Shown in pieces: positions 9,845-20,058 of a stretch of 64,000 bases of DNA. Where the stretch lies: contig CAWBKA010000025.1 of the NCBI GenBank assembly GCA_963789065.1, positions 13,211 to 77,210 of the forward strand, read 5' to 3'. The notes below the pieces were generated by a model. The model had not been told where the DNA came from. It did no database searches and worked only from the letters and a program-made list of their open reading frames with translations. The position numbers and the translations under genes are program-made. Numbering within the stretch: position 1 is the first letter of the stretch; each line of letters starts with the position of its first letter. Source of the DNA: an uncultured Verrucomicrobiae bacterium (GTDB lineage: Bacteria > Verrucomicrobiota > Verrucomicrobiia > Chthoniobacterales > JAFAMB01).

Positions 9845-11450
9845 TTAGTCTCCTTTCCCGAGATAGCTAAACGGAGTATCTGCTCTTCGGTGGCGGTTTT
9901 TCCGTCGAGGATGTCTGCAATGCTGCCGGAATGAAACACGGCGAGGCGGTCGCACACGGCCAAAATCTCCGGAAGTTCCGAAGAAACCATGATGATCGCC
10001 TTTCCTTCGTTGGATAGATCACGCATAATCTTATAGATTTCTGATTTCGCTCCCACATCGATGCCACGCGTAGGTTCGTCGAAAATAAACACCTCCGGCT
10101 CCGTGCACATCCATTTGCCAACTAACACTTTTTGCTGATTGCCACCGGAGAGTTCGGTGATGTTCTGTTCAATCGATGCGCACTTGATTCGCAAAAGCTT
10201 TACGCTGAGTCTCCGCAATGGCGGCCTCCTCGCGCCCTCTAAAGAGGCCCCAGGTGCCACGGAACGCCGATATTTTGACGCTTCGAGAGATCGCGATGTT
10301 CGTTTTGATGGAAAAATTCGGCATGAAAGCCCGTCTGCCGACGATTTTCCGTGATGTAGGCCATGCCGTTCTTCACAGCCTCGACCGGTCCACGGGTGGT
10401 GATATCGTGTCCGTTAAGTTCAATGGTCCCAGTGGCCCGCGCCATCGTGCCAAACAGACAGTTCATCAGTTCTGTGCGGCCCGATCCGACCAGGCCCGCA
10501 AAACCAAAGATTTCACTGGCATAGACGTTAAAACTGACATCAACAACTTGCTTCCGATCGTAGCTGGAGACATTGCTGACCCGCAAAACCGGTGCCTGGT
10601 CCCGGTCGATAGTGTGTTCGGTGAGGAAGAACTGCTTAACCGCGCGACCGACCATCATGCGGACGAGCTCATCGTTCGTAATCTCGGCAATCATCCCGGT
10701 GCCCACCGTGGTGCCATCCTTTAAGATAGTGTACCGGTCGCCGATGGCGCGTACTTCACCCATTTTGTGCGAGATGAAGACTATCGCCGTGCCTTCGTTC
10801 CGCAGTTGGTGGACAATCGTAAAGAGACGCTGTATCTCCACGTCGGTCAAAGAGGACGTCGGTTCATCCATGACCAGGACGCGGGTATCCGCATCAAAAC
10901 TTTCGCAATCTCGATCATCTGGCGATGAGCGATTGCCAGTTCGCCGACCGGTTTTTTGAGGTCGATGGTCAGGCCTAACTTCTCCGCCATCGCCCTTGCT
11001 TCGCGTTCCATCAATGACCAATCAACAATGCCAAGTCTTTTCCACAATGGAAGATGGCTTTGCTCTCCAGGGTGAGCCGCTCCGCCTTCCGCGGCTGAGA
11101 CTCTTTCGCACCGGCATACGACCAACGAACAAATTTTCCAGAGCAGATAGCTCGTTAATAACACTGAGCTCCTGATAGATGATGGAAATGCCGTATTGAG
11201 CCGCCTGTTTTGGAGTTATAAGAGAGTGTGAGGTCCCGTCCACGATGATCTCGCCGGCGGACGGTTGATAGATGCCGGAAAGAATCTTCATCATGGTGGA
11301 CTTCCCGGCACCGTTCTCACCCATAATGACATGGACTTCCCCAGGATAGATGTTCAGGTTAACACCGTTTAATGCATGAATACCGCCAAAGGTTTTGACG
11401 ATTCCCTTCATTTCCACGATGGGTCCTGCCGCTCTTTCGTTGGTTGGCAT
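9841..11450 (-). CDS. alsA: D-allose ABC transporter ATP-binding protein (split over several ORFs by frameshifts)
   Basis: GENGAGKST, YQELSVINELS, MDEPTSSL, LSGGNQQKV, DEPTRGIDVGAK in ORFs 11022-11450, 10847-11164, 10239-11021, 9841-10260. Confidence 0.85.
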
Positions 11451-11483
11451 AGCAATGAAGCTAAAGTTTCGACAAGTGGGTCC

Positions 11484-11690
11484 GCGCCCCGCAGGAGCAA
11501 GAAAGCATAGCCCAGGGTTTACCCTGGGTTAATTCTCCCATCGGATGAGCCTGAAGGGCCCGTTAGTTACGGCGAGAATCGGGTGCCAATCAGACCACGT
11601 GCGCATTTCAAGCCTTTTCACGGCAAAGAACGTTTATTTTGCTAACCCAGGGTAAACCCTGGGCTATGCTCTCTTGGCCACTTCGGGCCG
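11484..11690. repeat. REP family A composite between alsB and alsA
   Basis: GCATAGCCCAGGGTTTACCCTGGGTTA ... TAACCCAGGGTAAACCCTGGGCTATGC (long inverted pair). Confidence 0.8.
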
Positions 11691-11828
11691 TATAACCGAC
11701 GCTAAACAACATATAATAGGCTTCTATCTCGCAGATGTTTCCTTTCTAAGGACGCGTGACCTCTACGGGACGCTCATAGGGCGGCACCTCGGCGAAATCT
11801 TGCCTTCCATCGAGGTGCCACCTTAAGG

Positions 11829-12779
11829 CTATTTTTTAGTCACCAGGATTGAATCGATCGGGACGAATTTTGGTTCGGCATCGAGCCCAATCTGCTTGCC
11901 GCCTTTCATCGCGTCGACCAGCAAATCGAGTCCCGTCGCACCCACTTTAGCTGGATCCTGTGCTACCGTTGCCGACAGGTGTCCTGCTTCAATCGCCTTG
12001 ATGGCCTCGGGGATACCATCCGTGCCAACGACCATGATCTTTCCGACCTTTCCGAGGTTCTGGACAGCCTGTGCCGCGCCAAGGGCCATGGTATCGTTGC
12101 AGCAATAGAATGCCGCGATGTCTGGTGTCCTTTGCAGTGCGTTGGTCGCTACGTCCAAGGCGCGCAGGCGGTCCCAATCAGCCGGTTGACTGGCCACCAG
12201 GTCGATGTTTTTTGCCGCCTTTAGCGCGTCCGTGGCACCTTTCTTGCGCGCTTCGCCGGAAGCGACGCCGGCTCGGCCTTCGATAATCGCCACCTTACCA
12301 CCTTTCTCGCCCAGTTGCTGGATAATGTAATCGGCTGCTTTCTTGCCCACGGCCACGTTGTCAGTCGTAACGTAACCTTCCACATTCGCGCCAGCCTGTT
12401 TGAGACTGTTCATGTCGATCTTTTCATCCAGGTCGACCAGGAAAATCCCCTTTTTATAGGCCTTGCCGACTACTTGAACTAGATTGACTGGGGAGAGCGG
12501 GGCAAAGGCAATGGCCTTGTAGTTCTTGTTCAGGAGATCTTCGAACAGCGTAAGCTGCGCCGCCACGTCGCTTTCCGAAGGAGAAGCAAAGACGTCCACC
12601 GGCACCCCTAACTTCTTGCTTTCCGCTTCGATCCCTTCTTTCATTTGTTGCCAGAAGGGATTGGCCAGAGTTTTCAAGAGGACAGCCACTTCGGCGGCGG
12701 CTTTACCCTGCTCGGGAGCACCGAGCATCGAGACAGACAACACCGCTATGGTAAGTATACTCTTCATCGACATTTTCAT
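11829..12779 (-). CDS. alsB: D-allose ABC transporter substrate-binding protein
   Basis: Signal peptide; VLLKTLANPFW, FASPSESD, IAFAPLSPVNLV, LDEKIDM, TTDNVAVG, ASQPADWDR; closely resembles E. coli AlsB. Confidence 0.92.
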   Translation of the reverse strand: MKMSMKSILTIAVLSVSMLGAPEQGKAAAEVAVLLKTLANPFWQQMKEGIEAESKKLGVPVDVFASPSESDVAAQLTLFEDLLNKNYKAIAFAPLSPVNLVQVVGKAYKKGIFLVDLDEKIDMNSLKQAGANVEGYVTTDNVAVGKKAADYIIQQLGEKGGKVAIIEGRAGVASGEARKKGATDALKAAKNIDLVASQPADWDRLRALDVATNALQRTPDIAAFYCCNDTMALGAAQAVQNLGKVGKIMVVGTDGIPEAIKAIEAGHLSATVAQDPAKVGATGLDLLVDAMKGGKQIGLDAEPKFVPIDSILVTKK

Positions 12780-12901
12780 AAACAATCTGAGTTTTCTGTT
12801 GTGGTTGTGGTAGTGTAGGTGAGTGAGCTAGTACACGTCCTAGCTGGATGGAAAGGCAGGAAAAGGGATCTCGAACGGAATTGACGTGAGCAATAGTTAA
12901 G

Positions 12902-13762
12902 CTATAGCAAGCTTCGGAGGAACTGGAGGGACTTGACGGCTTCTGCGTCGAGATCCGCGCCAGGCATAAGTTCGCGATAGACGGATATTTCGCGTCCGAT
13001 CGTGCCGCCACTCAGGACAAACGGCTCCATGACGATCTGGCCTTGATAGTCGATCTGCTTGAGCGCCTGGACCATCTCTTTCCACGGGAGGAAGCCGGTG
13101 CCGGGCGGTTTACGATTGTTCTCGCCGACATGGAAGTGGCCGAGGCGGGAGCCAGCGGCAAGGATCGCGCCGGACATCGAGTTTTCCTCGATATTCATGT
13201 GAAAGGTGTCCAGATGGGCGTGGAGAACGGGTGAACCGACCTCAGCGATATAGCTCATGACTTCGTCGCAGGTGTTGATGAGATAGTTCTCGAAGCGATT
13301 AACGACTTCGAGATTGAGCTGCACACCCAAGTCCTCGGCAAGCGCGCTGATTTCCTTCATGCTGGAAATGCTGTGCTTCCAGCACTGAGCTTTGGTGGCA
13401 CCGTGCGTTTCCAGGCGGGAGAGCCATCCGCTATAGAGGACGCCAGAGGCACAGGGAATACCAGCCTTCGCGCACGTGCGGATGAGGTTCAGCTCATAGT
13501 CGATGCCTGATTTTCGAATCGTCGCGTCGGGCGCCGCCGGGTCAAGGCGGGCGGGGACGCCGATAACACCTAGCACATCGATCTGCAGCTCCTTGGCGCG
13601 TCCCATGAAGTGCTCGATCTCGGCCTCGCTCATCTTCGTTAGCCGGAGGGTATTTATCTCCAGGGTGTCGAAGCCGAGCCGCTTCACTTTTTCAAGGTAG
13701 GGCAGGTAGTCCACATCCCACTCCGTGCACCAGTAGCCGTAGAGAATGCCTATTTTGTTCAT
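12902..13762 (-). CDS. D-psicose (allulose)/D-tagatose 3-epimerase family protein
   Basis: GILYGYWCTEW, LEVVNRFE, HLDTFHMNIEE, HVGENNRKPPG, VMEPF. Confidence 0.9.
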   Translation of the reverse strand: MNKIGILYGYWCTEWDVDYLPYLEKVKRLGFDTLEINTLRLTKMSEAEIEHFMGRAKELQIDVLGVIGVPARLDPAAPDATIRKSGIDYELNLIRTCAKAGIPCASGVLYSGWLSRLETHGATKAQCWKHSISSMKEISALAEDLGVQLNLEVVNRFENYLINTCDEVMSYIAEVGSPVLHAHLDTFHMNIEENSMSGAILAAGSRLGHFHVGENNRKPPGTGFLPWKEMVQALKQIDYQGQIVMEPFVLSGGTIGREISVYRELMPGADLDAEAVKSLQFLRSLL

Positions 13763-13814
13763 TGCTTCAGTTCTTTGGCTTCGAATTTTGCGCGCTTTTC
13801 GCGACTTCCTAACC

Positions 13815-15302
13815 TCAATTCGCTCTCCAAGTCTTTAATCTGGGATAAATTTCCAGGAAGCTACTGTAATGAGATTCGTAGAGAGCGACCGTGTCTCGGC
13901 TGGGCTCGGTCACCACGCTGAAAGAGGGAGCCAATTTTTGTACATCATAATATCCATGGTAAACGCCAGCTCCGATCCCGGCGATCATCGCGGCTCCTAC
14001 TCCAGCTCTCTCAGAGGCTTGCTCGCCCGTTCCCTGGCAGAGGGGTCGAGCCAGGATGTCCGTAACAATTTGACGCCAGAGCGGATTTGCTAATCCATTC
14101 CCTGAGGCCACCAGCCTGGTCAATTCGGCGCCACAGCCGACCATCGTATCGATGATCTGACGAAGGGCGAAAGCCACTCCTTCCAGAAGTGCTCGAACGA
14201 AGTGCCCAGGACCGTGACGCAGGGCGATCCCGACGAATCCAGCTTTGGCTCTCGGATCCATGATCGGTGCCCGCTCCCCGACAAGGTAAGGGAGAAAAAC
14301 TAACCCTTCAGAACCCGGTTCGACTTCGGAGGCCAGGGAAACCAATTCAGCGTAGGGTGATTTCTCTCTTCCCAGGACGGCGCGGAGCCATCTCAGCGCC
14401 ATGCCTGCAGACAGCATCGCACCCAGCAGGTACCACCTGGCTTGAGGGGCGTGACAGAATGTCTGCAGTCGCAGCTCCGGATCCATCAACGGCTGGTTGA
14501 GCGGAACAAAAACCTGGCCACCGGTACCGATCGTGATCGAACCTAGAGGAGGATCTATCAGTCCATTCCCGACGGCCTGCGCAGGCTGATCGGCGCACCC
14601 GGCCGAAACAGGGATTCCATGCCGCAAGCCCAACTGGGTGGCAGCCTCTTGACTCAGCGGGCCGACGACATCCGCCGAGGCGTGTACCTTTGGAAACATT
14701 GACCTCGGCAACTCCAACCGATCGATCACCTCGTCGGCCCACACTCGTTGCACGACGTTGAAAACACCGCTCCCCGAGGCATCGCTCTCATCTGTTCCAA
14801 GCTCGCCGGTCAATTTAAGGCGGAGAAAATCTTTCGGCATCAGGAAGGTCGCCGCCCGGTCAAGCGTCTCGGCCTCAAATTTTTGCAGCCAATATAACGA
14901 GGCAATCAGAAATCCCGTAGTCGGCGCAGTCCCGCAATGTTGCGTGAGAAGAGATTGACCGACGCGTTCTCTTAATTCGGGCAATAAATCCGCGGTCCGT
15001 TGGTCGGCCCAGATAATCGCGGGCCGGACCAGGTTTCTGCTCTGGTCGAGCAATACCAACCCATGCATTTGGCCAGAGAATCCAATCCCCAAAATCTCTG
15101 GATGACCCGCTTCGGCCAGGGCCTGCCGGACGGCAATGGTCGTCGCCCGCCACCACTGCTCTGGATCCTGTTCCGCGTATCCGAGACGCGGCGTAAGAAT
15201 CGGATACTCCGCCATTCCGACACCCTTCAATGCGCCCTCCACCGCAAAGACAACCACCTTCACGCTGGAAGTTCCGAGGTCTATACCTAAAAGGCTACTC
15301 AT
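13815..15302 (-). CDS. xylB: FGGY-family carbohydrate kinase (xylulokinase-like)
   Basis: LGIDLGTSSVK, GFSGQMHG, IIWADQR, PKDFLR, DASGSG, LPYLVGERAP. Confidence 0.85.
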   Translation of the reverse strand: MSSLLGIDLGTSSVKVVVFAVEGALKGVGMAEYPILTPRLGYAEQDPEQWWRATTIAVRQALAEAGHPEILGIGFSGQMHGLVLLDQSRNLVRPAIIWADQRTADLLPELRERVGQSLLTQHCGTAPTTGFLIASLYWLQKFEAETLDRAATFLMPKDFLRLKLTGELGTDESDASGSGVFNVVQRVWADEVIDRLELPRSMFPKVHASADVVGPLSQEAATQLGLRHGIPVSAGCADQPAQAVGNGLIDPPLGSITIGTGGQVFVPLNQPLMDPELRLQTFCHAPQARWYLLGAMLSAGMALRWLRAVLGREKSPYAELVSLASEVEPGSEGLVFLPYLVGERAPIMDPRAKAGFVGIALRHGPGHFVRALLEGVAFALRQIIDTMVGCGAELTRLVASGNGLANPLWRQIVTDILARPLCQGTGEQASERAGVGAAMIAGIGAGVYHGYYDVQKLAPSFSVVTEPSRDTVALYESHYSSFLEIYPRLKTWRAN

Positions 15303-15733
15303 TCTGGTGGTGTGAAGCCTTCATGGAAATCGGGGGGATCGCGGCCGAATTTGTGACCGTCGTCTGGCCCGGATTATTTTTCCTATACTTTTTAGGTAAA
15401 ATTTTGATTGCTTTTCAGTATGGCTGAAGCGGCCGCGTTGGCGCGATCAAAGACCGGTTCGGGCGCCTTGGCTTCTTTTTGGGCACCACTCCGATCGCGC
15501 TGACTTTCTTGACAATGAGGTCCTCGACCGCACGCCCCTTCTGAGCATGGAAGGCCGCACACAACACGACCAGTGCACCGGGGCCGCACTTCCGCGGGCC
15601 ATACGCATCCTTCTTCTGGACGGGAGTTAAGGCTACTCAAAACTGTACATCCTGGCTGGGGGTTCGTTAGGTATGACCTACCAGCGACTTGGCCAGACTC
15701 AGCTCTGAAAGTCAACGGTACCTTTCCTAAATA

Positions 15734-15770
15734 ACTTTACACCGTAAACCTGACTTTACTCCCGTAAACC
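15734..15770. promoter_or_regulatory. Candidate tandem operator: two copies of ACTTTAC-N3/4-GTAAACC
   Basis: ACTTTACACCGTAAACC TG ACTTTACTCCCGTAAACC; each copy is a TTTAC/GTAAA palindrome, upstream of the sugar operon. Confidence 0.4.
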
Positions 15771-16147
15771 TTGGTGGGACCTGGCGTGTGAGACACTTCA
15801 TGACTGAAGTTCTAAGGGATCTCTAGTTTTTTATTAGTTCCCTAGCTTGTGCGATGGGTTTCGACATTTCCAATCCCGTGGCCTGAAGGGCCAGCGCGAG
15901 CGTCTTCCCGGTGAAGAACCGCTTTCTAAGCGGTTCCTGCTCCGAAGGCCGAGAGGGCTAAAGACTGAGCCCAGGGCTTCGAATGTGTTTAGCGCCGGTC
16001 CTACGACCCGAAGAGCCATGCCCTGTAGGGCTGGGAAATGCGCACGCAATCTGGTTGGCAGCCGATGCTCGCCCTAACTACCTACCTAACTACCAGCCCC
16101 TTCAGGGCTCATCCCATGGGTGGAATAACCCAGGGTAAACCCTGGGC

Positions 16148-16416
16148 TGAATGGCGCTAAGTTAGGGGCTGTTTCGGGTGGGTTTTCTCACCGAAGACGC
16201 CGACAGGGCTAGCGCAGAGTAGCATAGGCTTCCAGCCTGTCTCGAGCCGACCACTTGATATTCGCACGTTCTTCTTCCCGCGATACTTCTGACCGCCCGA
16301 ACATGTCGCTTGGTGCCAACACAAATGACAGGCTGGAAGCCTATGCTACATTGCACAGCCTCTTCGGTCTTCCAGGGGTATGAAGCTCTCATTCCTCCTT
16401 ATCTTAGTGCCATTCA
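16148..16416. mobile_element. MITE-like unit with 21-bp IS4-like terminal IRs, carrying a REP family B doublet and flanked by a 20-bp direct repeat
   Basis: TGAATGGCGCTAAGTTAGGGG ... TCCTTATCTTAGTGCCATTCA; ACCCAGGGTAAACCCTGGGC at 16128-16147 and 16417-16436. Confidence 0.7.
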
Positions 16417-16536
16417 ACCCAGGGTAAACCCTGGGCTATGCTTTCCTGGCCCTTCGGGCCGCAGAATGAAATGGCGAACTACCGGGCCGATTCGGTCCGT
16501 ATGTCCGAAGCGGTCGCCGATAAGCGCTCACTTCGA

Positions 16537-16606
16537 ACGAAAGCTGGTACTCGACCGCTCGTTTCTCGTTCCTCGCAATCGTTCCCCAATCGTCCTCGTC
16601 CTCGGT
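16537..16606. repeat. Dispersed element with GAGGAC hexamers (family F)
   Basis: Inverted homologue at ~47889-47955 (CGAGGACGAGCTCGAGGACGATTGGGG...AAGTACCAGCTTTCGT). Confidence 0.65.
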
Positions 16607-16731
16607 TTCTTAGTTGTTAGGTCGGTTTCAGGTCGAAGACTTTGCTATACACATACGAAACCCTGGGCTGAGTCCTCAAGCCCCTTTTGGGCAGATTCTC
16701 CCAATATTATCTTCACGTTTCGCGTAGCGGG

Positions 16732-17544
16732 CTACCTGGCGTCTATTCCTTCGATGAACTGGAGAATTTCTCGCCGTACATCCTCGACGTGCTTTTGTTC
16801 GCTTACTGCTTTGGCGGTAATCTCGGCGAATCGCGCTCCAGGAATTTCTCGTGCGAGGACCTGCCCATACTCAAAGGGATGTAAAAGATCGTTGCGACAG
16901 GCTAAAACCAGGGTTGGAAAATCTATTTTTTTCCAGGAGGCAATATCTGGAGCCGGAACATCTTTGGGTAGGGATTCGAGTATCTCGAATGTTTCATCAG
17001 CCCGTTCCCGAAGAAATTGCACCATCCACGAGGCAGCATTTGCGGGCGAAGATTCTAAGGCAGTTTGATATTCAGCGGTGGACGCGAACAACTCTTTGCC
17101 TCGATGGGCGCCGTGCTCGCGAATCAAGCCAGCGATCTTGGGAAAAACGGCCAAATTAGGCGGCAAGGGTTCTGCTAACCAGGCGGCCCGACTTAAAATC
17201 AAGGCCCTGGTGCGGTCCGGATAGCGGACGGCAAAGTTCAACGCTATTCCTGCACCCATTGAGATTCCACCCATTACTACCTTGGGCAGATTCAGGTGGT
17301 CGAGCAGGTTGATGATGTCGTCGCTAAATGAGTTAAACCTCAGAAAGTCGCGGTTTCCGAGCGGCACGGTTCTGCCGTGTCCACGGCAATCCATTGAAAT
17401 CAGGCGAAACGGACGGTCCTCACCAAAAAATGACATCGGTTGGCTGATATCAGCTCCAAGGCCATGCTGAAACACGAAGGGTATCCGATCGTCGTGGTCG
17501 TCCGCGTAGTGAAACGTTATTCCGTTTGCTTCAAAGAAAGGCAT
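16732..17544 (-). CDS. Alpha/beta-fold hydrolase
   Basis: FQHGLG, MDCRGHG, GGISMGAG nucleophile elbow, D and H-like C-terminal residues. Confidence 0.88.
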   Translation of the reverse strand: MPFFEANGITFHYADDHDDRIPFVFQHGLGADISQPMSFFGEDRPFRLISMDCRGHGRTVPLGNRDFLRFNSFSDDIINLLDHLNLPKVVMGGISMGAGIALNFAVRYPDRTRALILSRAAWLAEPLPPNLAVFPKIAGLIREHGAHRGKELFASTAEYQTALESSPANAASWMVQFLRERADETFEILESLPKDVPAPDIASWKKIDFPTLVLACRNDLLHPFEYGQVLAREIPGARFAEITAKAVSEQKHVEDVRREILQFIEGIDAR

Positions 17545-17554
17545 GTCGAGTTGT

Positions 17555-18379
17555 TCAAGGTTGCGATTGAAGAATTCGGTCGAGGAACTCGCGAGAGAAT
17601 CGGACATCTTTTTCCTCCAGGCCGTGCATAATAAGGGGACCGGTAAATCCGATCTCTTTCAGGCATCGAAGGTAATATTCAAAATCGAGCATGCCCTTCC
17701 CAGCAGCGCACGGCTTAAAGTCATTGTTCCGATCTTTAGCATGGGCAATGACAATCGCATCACGCAACAAAGTAAAAGCCTCATCCAGGACTTCCTTCTG
17801 ATTGCGTTTGGGAGAAATCAGGTTGGCTGGATCAATGATAATCCGCAATCGAGGATTCCGCAGGTCATCGAGCAATTTCCGTGCGCGGATCGCTGAATTG
17901 GCGACGTTCTCGCTTTCAGGCTCGAAGGCCAGGATCAAGTTATTTTTCTCAGCGGCGAGCAGGGCAGCCTCGATGGATTGCACCATGTCATCCCAAGCTT
18001 CTTTGGAGTCATTATCGGCATGCCATTTCCACATGTTAACCGGGTCCCGCGTTCCTGTGCATAAGGTAATCACCGGGATACGAAGCCGGGCCGCGACTTA
18101 ACACAGGACTTCGAATTTTGCCAATCCGTCGCGACGAACCGCAGGATCGGGGTGAGCCATGTTGAACGTCCCGGACAGCGCCGCCAGTTCTACCGTCGCC
18201 TGTTCTGCAGCATCGGTTATCCGCTGAACCAGCTCGGATGACACGTTTTCTGGAAAGGTTTCGAGCCCGGCGCAAGACATGTTGAACTGCACGGAATAAA
18301 TTCCGTAACTGGCGATCGCCTGAAATAGCTCCTCGATCGTCGGCCGGCTAAAAGTCTTAGCGAAGATTCCGATTTTCAT
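17555..18379 (-). CDS. Sugar phosphate isomerase/epimerase (AP endonuclease 2 TIM barrel), frameshift near 18090
   Basis: MKIGIFAKTF, LSGTFNMAHPD, ITLCTGTRD, AFEPE, IIDPANL, AHAKDR, LIMHGL. Confidence 0.82.
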
Positions 18380-19456
18380 CAGATGGCTCCTGTGACGTCG
18401 GCAACCGCAACCGGTTCTCCCTTTTGGACGGACAACCGGATGGCTCGAAGAACTTTGAGAGCCGCCAAGCCATCTTCAATCCCAGCCGCCGGGAACTTGT
18501 CCTCTCCACGAATCGCGTCAGCGAATGACTCAACTTGCAATCGATAGAAATGGGCGTCCTCCCCCAGGACCCGCTTGAATTGACCATCTTTGAGTGAATA
18601 GCATTCCACTTCGGCCGAGCGTAAATACCATGGATTAAAGAGCTTGCCGATGACGCTGCCAAACTCGCCGTAAATTTGAAATCCTTCGTGCCACCCCATC
18701 CGCACGGATAAGGTGAGGTCCAGATGGCCAACGCTGCCATCCGCGAAATCTGTCGCCACGAACCAGCAGTACGCATCATACTTCTGCACCAGTTTGGCGT
18801 TCACGCTGGTGATCTCGCCGCCCAAAAACCGCGCGGTATCAACCAGGTGACTCCCATGCCCCAACAGATAGTAGGACTCCCGGTTAGCTTTTGGATTACC
18901 TTCCGGGCGCTTCGCTTTGGCGCTCTGGACGATCAATGGCTGGACATTTGCGGTCTCCACATACCGTGAAGTCGAGTCGCAATACCAGGCTTTGAGCGCA
19001 AGTCGGGTTCCCATCTCCTGATCAATGAAGCGACGCGCAAACGCGACACCGGGATCAAATCGTTTCATGGAGCCAACTCGACAGACCAGGTTGGGAGCCG
19101 CCTGTCTTATTTTCAGCAAGTCGAGGCCTTCTTCCACACTTACTCCTAGCGGTTTTTCGACCAGCACGTGCTTACCGGCCTCAATGGCTCGAGCCGCGGC
19201 AGAGACATGGAATTGATCGGCGATTCCGATGATCACCGCTTCAACCTTTGGATCGGCCAGCATCTCCTCGTACTTGGCTGTAGGCTACCTCGGGTTCCCA
19301 AATCTGCGCCATCCGATTTCGCAAGTCGTCGGCGGCATCACAGATGGCGTAGAGACGGGCATTGCGAGCTCTCTGGCAGCTCTCGAAATGGGCGGCCTGG
19401 GAGATCATCCCACAGCCAAGGACACCGATTCTAACAGGGTCAGGGGTCTTTTTCAT
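18379..19456 (-). CDS. Gfo/Idh/MocA-family oxidoreductase, frameshift near 19270
   Basis: IGVLGCGMISQAAH, GKHVLVEKPLG, MKRFDP, HGSHLVD. Confidence 0.87.
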
Positions 19457-19568
19457 GCATTTTCAAGTTATGATGAAGCAAAGAAAAAATAAATTTTGCC
19501 AGAGTCTGTCAACCGCGAGATATCGATCTTCTCGCATCTCGACCTCTCAACAATCGCTTTCGCTCTTC

Positions 19569-19599
19569 ACTCGTACTCGAACTCGTACTCGTACTCGAG
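19569..19599. repeat. Hexamer tandem repeat (ACTCGW) x5
   Basis: ACTCGTACTCGAACTCGTACTCGTACTCGAG. Confidence 0.8.
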
Positions 19600-19724
19600 T
19601 TCTGCTGCCTGCCTGGCAGGACGAGAATTTAGACGAAGCCAGCTCCAAAAAGTGAGTGCTTATGGCCGAACCCTTCGGCAGTATAACCGGCGCTAAACAA
19701 AGACCCAGCGCCTGCGTCAACAGA

Positions 19725-19880
19725 GACAAGCCTATGCTACCCTACCCTAACGGGCGGTGGCATGACGCGACAGGCGCACGGCAAAAGTAGCATAAGCATC
19801 CTGCTTGTCTTCCTGAGCGAATGGGCAAATTCGTTTGCAGCGCTTGCGCACAGGGAGACAGGCCGGAAGCCTATGCTACT
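19725..19880. repeat. REP family B unit (same ~134-bp unit as the 7421 array)
   Basis: ACAAGCCTATGCTAC ... GTAGCATAAGCATCCTGCTTGTC ... ACAGGCCGGAAGCCTATGCTAC. Confidence 0.85.
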
Positions 19881-20058
19881 TTGCGCTCGCCCCCATCGGC
19901 CTTGTCGGTGCGAAAAACCATCCGAAATAGCCCTTAACTTCATTAGAGCCATTCGGGACAGGTAGAATGGCGAGGCGGAAACTGCCGGCAGCGCATACTT
20001 GGGCGAACTAGTAAACGACACCATCTTTTTTGCCGGAGAAGCTAAGATGGCCAGGGAA

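Noticed and set aside
15392-15715. 107-aa Cys-containing ORF upstream of the kinase
   Set aside because: Weak start and no recognisable family; cannot be supported as a gene.
16310-17068. 252-aa plus-strand ORF
   Set aside because: It runs through repeats and antisense to the hydrolase; no coherent protein features.
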